From the NCBI GenBank assembly GCA_045648785.1, contig JAZROP010000036.1:2457-66456 (forward strand): 64,000 nt of DNA, read 5' to 3'. The DNA comes from Clostridia bacterium (GTDB taxonomy: Bacteria; Bacillota; Clostridia; RUG12999). Each line of letters opens with the position of its first letter. Within the stretch, counting starts at the first letter, position 1. The translations under genes were made by a program, and so were the position numbers. Shown piece by piece: positions 58,882 to 64,000 of this stretch. Under the pieces are notes generated by a model, which worked only from the letters and a program-made list of their open reading frames with translations, did no database searches and was not told the origin of the DNA.

Positions 58882-59914
58882 TTGTCAAGCTCCTTTCATT
58901 TCCGCCAAGGCTATTGCTCAGTTCATCTTTGAGATATTCGAGCATGGATACAGCCTTTGAATAATCCATTCTTTTTGGACCGACAAGAGCGATTCGGCCT
59001 GCCTTGCCGCTGATGTTATAGCTTAAAACTGCCATACTGCAATCGCCAAGTTCTTCAAATGGGTTTTCGTGGCCGATTAATACACTGATGCCGTTTTCCT
59101 CAAGAGGGATTGTGGCAAGAGAACGGATATTATTTTTATTGTGCATAAAGTTTAAAACTTTTTTAGCTTTTTCAACATCTGAGTATTCGGGGAAATTTAA
59201 AAGGTTTGCACTGCCGTCAACGGCAAATCTGTGACCATCATCGCAAGTAACCTCGCTTATAAATTCCATTATTCCATCAATAAGCTGCTTGTTGTCTGTA
59301 GAAAGAAGTTTTATTGACATTATAAGGTCAAGCGTTATATCTGAAACGGAAAGTCCTGAAAGCTTTGAGGTTAAAATGCCTGTAAGTGCCGCAACCTGAT
59401 TTTCTGTAATTCCCGCGGTCTGTATAAGTTTGGTTTTTATTGAACCGTCCTGCAAAACAAGAAGCACAACCACGCGACTGCTGTTTATATATAGAACCTG
59501 AACAGAATCAATAATTACTTTTCCGGACGATGAGCTTACCGAAAGGGCAGCATATGATGAAATATGTGCAAGCACCGAGGAAAGCTCGGACAAAGTATCG
59601 TTTGCTTCCTTCATTTTTTTTACGAGAGTTTCGTGCATTGAAAGCATTTCGGATATTGTCAGTTTGTATTTGCTGAGCATACTGTCAACATACACTCTGT
59701 ATCCTAGGTCGGACGGAATTCGGCCTGCCGAAGAATGGGGCTGATAAAGGTAACCCAATTCTTCAAGGTCTGCCATTTCGTTTCTGATAGTGGCGGAGCT
59801 GAGACTCGGTATATGATTTTTTGAAATTGTCCTCGAACCAACCGGTTCGGCGGTTTTGATATAATCTTTGATTATTGCCTGCAAGATTTTTCTTTTGCGG
59901 TCACCAAGCTGCAT
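58865..59914 (-). CDS. hrcA: heat-inducible transcription repressor HrcA
   Basis: N-terminal winged helix RKRKILQAIIKDYIKTAEPVGSRTI. Start taken at the ATG at 59914, downstream of CIRCE. Confidence 0.9.
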   Translation of the reverse strand: MQLGDRKRKILQAIIKDYIKTAEPVGSRTISKNHIPSLSSATIRNEMADLEELGYLYQPHSSAGRIPSDLGYRVYVDSMLSKYKLTISEMLSMHETLVKKMKEANDTLSELSSVLAHISSYAALSVSSSSGKVIIDSVQVLYINSSRVVVLLVLQDGSIKTKLIQTAGITENQVAALTGILTSKLSGLSVSDITLDLIMSIKLLSTDNKQLIDGIMEFISEVTCDDGHRFAVDGSANLLNFPEYSDVEKAKKVLNFMHNKNNIRSLATIPLEENGISVLIGHENPFEELGDCSMAVLSYNISGKAGRIALVGPKRMDYSKAVSMLEYLKDELSNSLGGNERSLTNEREE

Positions 59915-59937
59915 AAAATCACCACCGTTTTTGGATA

Positions 59938-59964
59938 TTAGCACTCGTTGGTGGTGAGTGCTAA
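59938..59964 (-). promoter_or_regulatory. CIRCE operator (HrcA binding site)
   Basis: TTAGCACTC-N9-GAGTGCTAA, a perfect match to consensus. Confidence 0.95.
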
Positions 59965-59968
59965 TAAT

Positions 59969-59997
59969 ACTATAATACTTTTTTTTGGTAATGTCAA
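59969..59997 (-). promoter_or_regulatory. sigma-A promoter of the hrcA-grpE-dnaK-dnaJ operon
   Basis: Minus strand reads TTGACA-17 nt-TATAGT, directly abutting CIRCE. Confidence 0.65.
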
Positions 59998-60015
59998 TAG
60001 AAATTTGCTAATATT

Positions 60016-61239
60016 TTAAAATTCATCCATGAAAGTTTCAAGGCTATATTCCATAGCATCAAGGCTGTCTATATTTATGCTGCCATTGTCAAGCCGTTTA
60101 TCCGAGCCGGATGCATTATCCCATACAGCAGAGGAAAGAGCTTCAATAACATGCTTGCAATTTTTTAAAATATAAAAACGACTGTGAGACATAGCTGAGC
60201 AAACAAAGCGAATTCTGTCATTAACGGCGCGTTTTCTTGCATTGCGAACATCTATGCCCAGCAGGTTATCTAATGCAGCTGTTTCAAGTCCGTTTATAAG
60301 TGTGGTTTCTGCATTATCACAATAAACATCATAAATGTTGTATCTGGCTTTGCAACGCGATACAAATTCAACAAAATAGTCCTCCAGTCGTTTAGGTGAA
60401 ATTTCCTCTCTTATATAGAATTCATCAAGAACAATAATTTTATCCATATTATGGGTAAAACCACTGCACACAAAGGCATGTGCTGATTTGTTACCGCCAA
60501 AGTCTATGCCGATACATGCAAAGGATATTTCGTCGGGAGATATGCCAGGCAGGATAAATTCGTCAGGTCTGTCTGCAAAACTGCGGTATATAATTCCCTC
60601 TGCTGCTTTCCATTTGCCGAGAATAAATCTGTCATAGTAAACGCCAGTATATTCCTTTTTCAGGCTTTTTACATATGACCGGTCAAGAAAAGTATTGTCG
60701 CTCAAAAGAAAATTTTCCACCAGCATATCAAGCTCGTTTTTTCGGTCAATATATTTCTTTTTAAGCCAATGATACGGACTGTCCGGGTTGGTTGTTGCAA
60801 AAAGTTTTGCTCCTTTTTCACTAAGTCGGGACAAAAGCATTACAAAAAAGCTTTCGTTAAATAGTGTAAGCTCGTCGCAGTAAGCACCCATAAGTGTCAT
60901 GCCTCGTATTTTACTTTCTGAGCGACAGTCATTAGCCCCCTCAAAATAAATTTTTCTACCAAAAAGCCTGCCCTCCTTTTTAGCGATAGAGTAGAAGAAA
61001 TTGTCAGGGCCAACCAACTGTTCAAGTAGAGTTAGTACATTTCTATCAAGAGAGACGAGCGTTTTTGAAGCCATAAGATAGGAAGAGGTTTTCGGACTTG
61101 ATGCCACCCAAAATGCCCAGAGAACAAGGCTAATCCATGTTTTTCCGCTTCTGACACTGCCTGTTAAAATGTTTAATCTCCTGAGTTTTCCGCTTTTCCA
61201 TTTTTTCATAAGCTTAAGTTGTTTTTTGCTGTAAATCAT
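60016..61239 (-). CDS. phage-type terminase large subunit (PBSX/Terminase_3-like), solitary
   Basis: Walker A GSVRSGKT and Walker B AYCDELT. Nuclease acidic residues in GIDFGG, VYCDNAE and SLDAMEY. ATG at 61239 follows the GGAAG RBS; the ORF-track TTG at 61257 is less likely. Confidence 0.8.
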   Translation of the reverse strand: MIYSKKQLKLMKKWKSGKLRRLNILTGSVRSGKTWISLVLWAFWVASSPKTSSYLMASKTLVSLDRNVLTLLEQLVGPDNFFYSIAKKEGRLFGRKIYFEGANDCRSESKIRGMTLMGAYCDELTLFNESFFVMLLSRLSEKGAKLFATTNPDSPYHWLKKKYIDRKNELDMLVENFLLSDNTFLDRSYVKSLKKEYTGVYYDRFILGKWKAAEGIIYRSFADRPDEFILPGISPDEISFACIGIDFGGNKSAHAFVCSGFTHNMDKIIVLDEFYIREEISPKRLEDYFVEFVSRCKARYNIYDVYCDNAETTLINGLETAALDNLLGIDVRNARKRAVNDRIRFVCSAMSHSRFYILKNCKHVIEALSSAVWDNASGSDKRLDNGSINIDSLDAMEYSLETFMDEF

Positions 61240-61245
61240 AAAAGC

Positions 61246-61285
61246 ACTTCCTTTCAATCTTTAAAAATAACCTTTGAAAGGAAGT
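61246..61285 (-). promoter_or_regulatory. RBS-sequestering hairpin at the terminase 5' end
   Basis: Perfect 12-bp inverted repeat ACTTCCTTTCAA (61246-61257) / TTGAAAGGAAGT (61274-61285) with a 16-nt loop. In the mRNA the 3' arm contains the Shine-Dalgarno sequence. Confidence 0.55.
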
Positions 61286-61531
61286 TATAACTATCAACTT
61301 AAAAAATATTGCATTGGGGGAGCGTTTGTGTTATAATTAATGAACAAAGAAGCTTATTATATAAAAGCACTTAAGAGATATCGCTCTTTCAAGCACTGTG
61401 ACAATTAACAGAGTCACAAAAATGATCTTAAAAGCAAGTGTTTTTACTTATGTTAAAATGATTTCTTGCATATAAAATGTACACGGATTGTAAAATCGAT
61501 TATATCTAAACCAGAGAAAGGAAGATGAATT

Positions 61532-62065
61532 ATGTCGAATATATGGCACGATATTTCACCGAAAAGAATAAATGCGGATGATTTTATCTGCGTTGTAGAA
61601 ATTTCAAAAGGCAGCAAGAAAAAATATGAACTGGACAAGGAAACAGGATATCTTCTGCTTGACAGGATTTTGTACACATCAACGCATTATCCTGCAAACT
61701 ATGGATTTATTCCGCGTACATACGGCGATGATAACGACCCGCTTGATGTTCTTTTGCTTTGCACAGAACAGATTGAACCGATGACACTTGTCCGAGCATA
61801 TCCTATAGGGGTTATTTCTATGGTTGATAATGGCAGAAATGACGAGAAAATTATAGCAATTCCGTTTAACGACCCCTATTATAACATATATAAAGACATC
61901 AATGATTTGCCCAATCATGTGTTTGATGAAATGCGTCATTTCTTCGCGGTTTATAAAAATCTTGAAAACAAAACAACTGCAGTAAATGAGGTTAGCGGTT
62001 GCGAGCAGGCAAAGAAAATTATTAAAGCATCAATTGAAAATTATGTGGAAAAATTCTGCAAATAA
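61532..62065 (+). CDS. ppa: inorganic pyrophosphatase, family I
   Basis: Family I motifs in the sequence stretch EISKGSKKKYELDKETG...DGDPLDVL. Confidence 0.9.
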   Translation: MSNIWHDISPKRINADDFICVVEISKGSKKKYELDKETGYLLLDRILYTSTHYPANYGFIPRTYGDDNDPLDVLLLCTEQIEPMTLVRAYPIGVISMVDNGRNDEKIIAIPFNDPYYNIYKDINDLPNHVFDEMRHFFAVYKNLENKTTAVNEVSGCEQAKKIIKASIENYVEKFCK

Positions 62066-62111
62066 TTCTGTGTATCCTGAGTGAAATTAAAAAATTGATA
62101 AGAGATGAATA

Positions 62112-62146
62112 AAAAAGGACAGTTTTAAAACTGTCCTTTATATTTT
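62112..62146. terminator. bidirectional terminator (ppa / apgM-like gene)
   Basis: Palindrome AAAGGACAGTTTTAAAACTGTCCTTT flanked by A and T runs. Confidence 0.8.
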
Positions 62147-63345
62147 TAACCTATAAGTATATCAATAAGCTTATGTCCTTCTTCTATGAAAAGTCCTGTG
62201 GACGCAGCATATTTTTCTGTATAAACTGCATCAGGATTGTTTTTCTCATCATTGCTTCTGTAAATGAGGAATGGAACGGGTTCTCTTGAATGAGTTTTTG
62301 TTGCAATTGGTGTAGGATGGTCGGGCAAAATCATAATGGAGTAGTCAATTTTTGCCTCATCAAATCTTCCAAGCAGATATTTTAACACTCTTTCATCAAG
62401 ATAACCGATAGATTTAATTTTATCATCTGCATCGCCATGATGACCACATTCATCCGGTGCTTCAAAGTGAAGATAAACAAAATCCGAGTCGCCGAGAAGA
62501 GCGTCTGCCGCCGCTTTTGCTTTGCCCTCAAAATTTGTGTTTATATTGCCTGTGACATTTTCAACCTCAATAACATTCATGCCTGCGCAAAAGCCTATGC
62601 CTTTTACAAGGTCAACTGCAGAAACTACACTGCCTTTGAGACCTGTTTTCTTCTCAAAGTTTTCTACCATAGGTTTTGTACCTTCGCCCCATAGCCATAT
62701 TGAGTTTGCGGGGTTAAGACCGCGCTCAATTCTCTTGAGGTTGACGGGATGGTCTTTCAATATCTCGTAGCTCTTTTTCATCATTTCGCAAAAGAGTGGT
62801 TCGCTCGGCATATATTCAGTGATTTTTCTGTCTGAAATATCGTGTGGTGGTGTGAGTGTAAATTTTTTGTCACATCCGTGCCATACCAGAAGGTGACGGT
62901 AGGAAATACCTGCGTGGAATTCCTGAATTTCTGTACCAAGATGCTCGGAAACAGATTTTATAAGCTCAGCGGCTTCTTCGGTTGTAATTTCACCGGAAGA
63001 ATAGTCCACCATTGTTTTGTTTTCATAAATCTCATCGTCTGATAGAGTTACAAGATTGCAGCGGAAAGTCATATCATCATCTGCAAGCTCAACGCCAATG
63101 CTTGCCGCTTCAAGAGGGGAACGGCCTGTATAACATTCCAGAGTGTTGTAACCCATAACAGAAAGGTTTGCAACATCGCTGCCCGGTTTTAAACTGTCCG
63201 GAACAGTTTTAACCATACCAAGAGTACCTTTTTTTGCTAGAGTATCCATCAGCGGCTTTTCTGCAAGCTCGAGAGGGGTTTTATTGTCATATCCGGGAAG
63301 CGGAAGGTCAGCCATACCGTCGCCCAGAAGAATTAAATATTTCAT
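62146..63345 (-). CDS. cofactor-independent phosphoglycerate mutase homolog (ApgM-type; the family proposed as a non-orthologous homoserine kinase)
   Basis: Alkaline-phosphatase-superfamily motifs LLGDGMAD and PDECGH. Divergent from hom. Start taken at MKYLILLGDG after AAAGGAGG. Confidence 0.7.
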   Translation of the reverse strand: MKYLILLGDGMADLPLPGYDNKTPLELAEKPLMDTLAKKGTLGMVKTVPDSLKPGSDVANLSVMGYNTLECYTGRSPLEAASIGVELADDDMTFRCNLVTLSDDEIYENKTMVDYSSGEITTEEAAELIKSVSEHLGTEIQEFHAGISYRHLLVWHGCDKKFTLTPPHDISDRKITEYMPSEPLFCEMMKKSYEILKDHPVNLKRIERGLNPANSIWLWGEGTKPMVENFEKKTGLKGSVVSAVDLVKGIGFCAGMNVIEVENVTGNINTNFEGKAKAAADALLGDSDFVYLHFEAPDECGHHGDADDKIKSIGYLDERVLKYLLGRFDEAKIDYSIMILPDHPTPIATKTHSREPVPFLIYRSNDEKNNPDAVYTEKYAASTGLFIEEGHKLIDILIG

Positions 63346-63371
63346 ATGTATTCCTCCTTTGTTATTAAAAC

Positions 63372-63400
63372 AGTATATCACTTATTGCGTAAATTGGCAA
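63372..63400 (-). promoter_or_regulatory. sigma-A-type promoter for the apgM-like gene
   Basis: Minus strand reads TTGCCA-17 nt-TATACT. Confidence 0.45.
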
Positions 63401-63438
63401 GAGAAATTTTATATGATGTAAAAAAATATAAAAACATC

Positions 63439-63467
63439 TTGATTTTACATATAAAAAATGGTAAAAT
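63439..63467 (+). promoter_or_regulatory. sigma-A-type promoter for hom (extended -10)
   Basis: TTGATT-17 nt-(TGg)TAAAAT. Confidence 0.5.
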
Positions 63468-63510
63468 ATATATTAATTGTTTTCAAAATGGGATAAGAGG
63501 AGGAAAAATC

Positions 63511-64000
63511 ATGTCTAAAGTTGCAATTCTCGGATACGGAGTTGTCGGCTCGGGTGTTTATGAAATTCTTAAAAACACTGCAGAGCAGGTTGCAAAAAAT
63601 GCAGGCAAGGCCGTTGAAGTAAAATATATTCTTGATATCAGGGATTTTGAAAATCATCCCGAAAAACATTTGTTTGTAAAGGATTTTGCAACCATTTTGG
63701 CTGATGCCGAGGTTGATATTGTTGCTGAGGTAATAGGCGGCGCAACAGTTGCATACGAATTTACAAAGGCGGCTCTTGAAGCAGGTAAAAATGTTGTTAC
63801 CTCAAATAAAGAGCTTGTGGCTACACATGGTACAGAACTTTTGAAAATTGCTCAGGACAAAGGCGTAAGCTATCTTTTTGAAGCGAGCGTTGGCGGAGGT
63901 ATTCCGCTCATTCATCCGATGCACAGATGCCTCACAGGTAACAATATAAGCAAAATAATGGGTATTTTAAATGGTACTACAAACTATATACTCACAAGTA
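63511..64000 (+). CDS. hom: homoserine dehydrogenase, 3' end cut by window edge
   Basis: Own translation: MSKVAILGYGVVGSGVYEIL...VTSNKELVA...EASVGGGIP. GAGGAGG RBS. Frame is open to nt 64000. Confidence 0.85.
   Translation, partial: MSKVAILGYGVVGSGVYEILKNTAEQVAKNAGKAVEVKYILDIRDFENHPEKHLFVKDFATILADAEVDIVAEVIGGATVAYEFTKAALEAGKNVVTSNKELVATHGTELLKIAQDKGVSYLFEASVGGGIPLIHPMHRCLTGNNISKIMGILNGTTNYILTS

Noticed and set aside
58372-58932. A 186-aa plus-strand ORF
   Set aside because: It is antisense to grpE and the hrcA 3' end, and its composition is F/C-rich and non-protein-like.
60016-61531. A prophage or integrated mobile element around the terminase gene
   Set aside because: There is only one phage-type gene. 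I saw no integrase, small terminase, portal, capsid or flanking direct repeats, and core promoters abut both ends. It is therefore reported as an orphan TerL rather than a mobile element.

Overview
This is a 64-kb chromosomal core segment from an AT-rich, endospore-forming Firmicute. Gene order looks Clostridia-like, but the exact taxon cannot be determined from the sequence. I support about 70 protein-coding genes, 3 decayed genes, and a set of promoters, terminators and operators. I saw no rRNA, tRNA, CRISPR array, transposase or integrase cassette.

Gene blocks from left to right:
- pfkA (5' partial), a radical SAM gene and ylbJ
- yqfC-yqfD-phoH-ybeY followed by a serine hydrolase
- an amino-sugar cluster: nucleotidyltransferase, PGM-family mutase, SGNH esterase, nagA
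- lgt, an ECF sigma/anti-sigma pair and a PrsA-like lipoprotein
- a P-loop ATPase, three small ORFs and spoVG
- a yabM-like flippase, mazG, hup and a yabO-like gene
- spoIIAA-spoIIAB-sigF, then potABCD
- rpsU-yqeY and a degenerate LytM protein
- a gene-decay zone followed by an SGNH esterase
- rpsO-pnp
- an 8-gene aromatic supraoperon (aroF-tyrA-aroB-aroA-aroC-pheA-aroE::aroK-aroQ)
- a BMP-type ABC transporter
- ruvAB, xerD, spoIIM and proC
- three tandem M42 peptidases
- rsmE-prmA-dnaJ-dnaK-grpE-hrcA with a perfect CIRCE operator
- a solitary phage-type terminase large subunit
- ppa, an ApgM-like proposed homoserine kinase, and hom (3' partial)

The most notable signal is upstream of the aro supraoperon. 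A consensus promoter drives a 30-codon leader ORF with 11 Phe/Tyr codons in a run of 14. Mutually exclusive antiterminator and terminator helices follow it. This looks like a ribosome-mediated attenuator, which is unusual for this phylum.

Second is the intact, orphan TerL gene wedged between hrcA and ppa, whose Shine-Dalgarno sequence is sequestered in a 12-bp hairpin.

All calls rest on motif recognition by eye. No database searches or folding computations were run.
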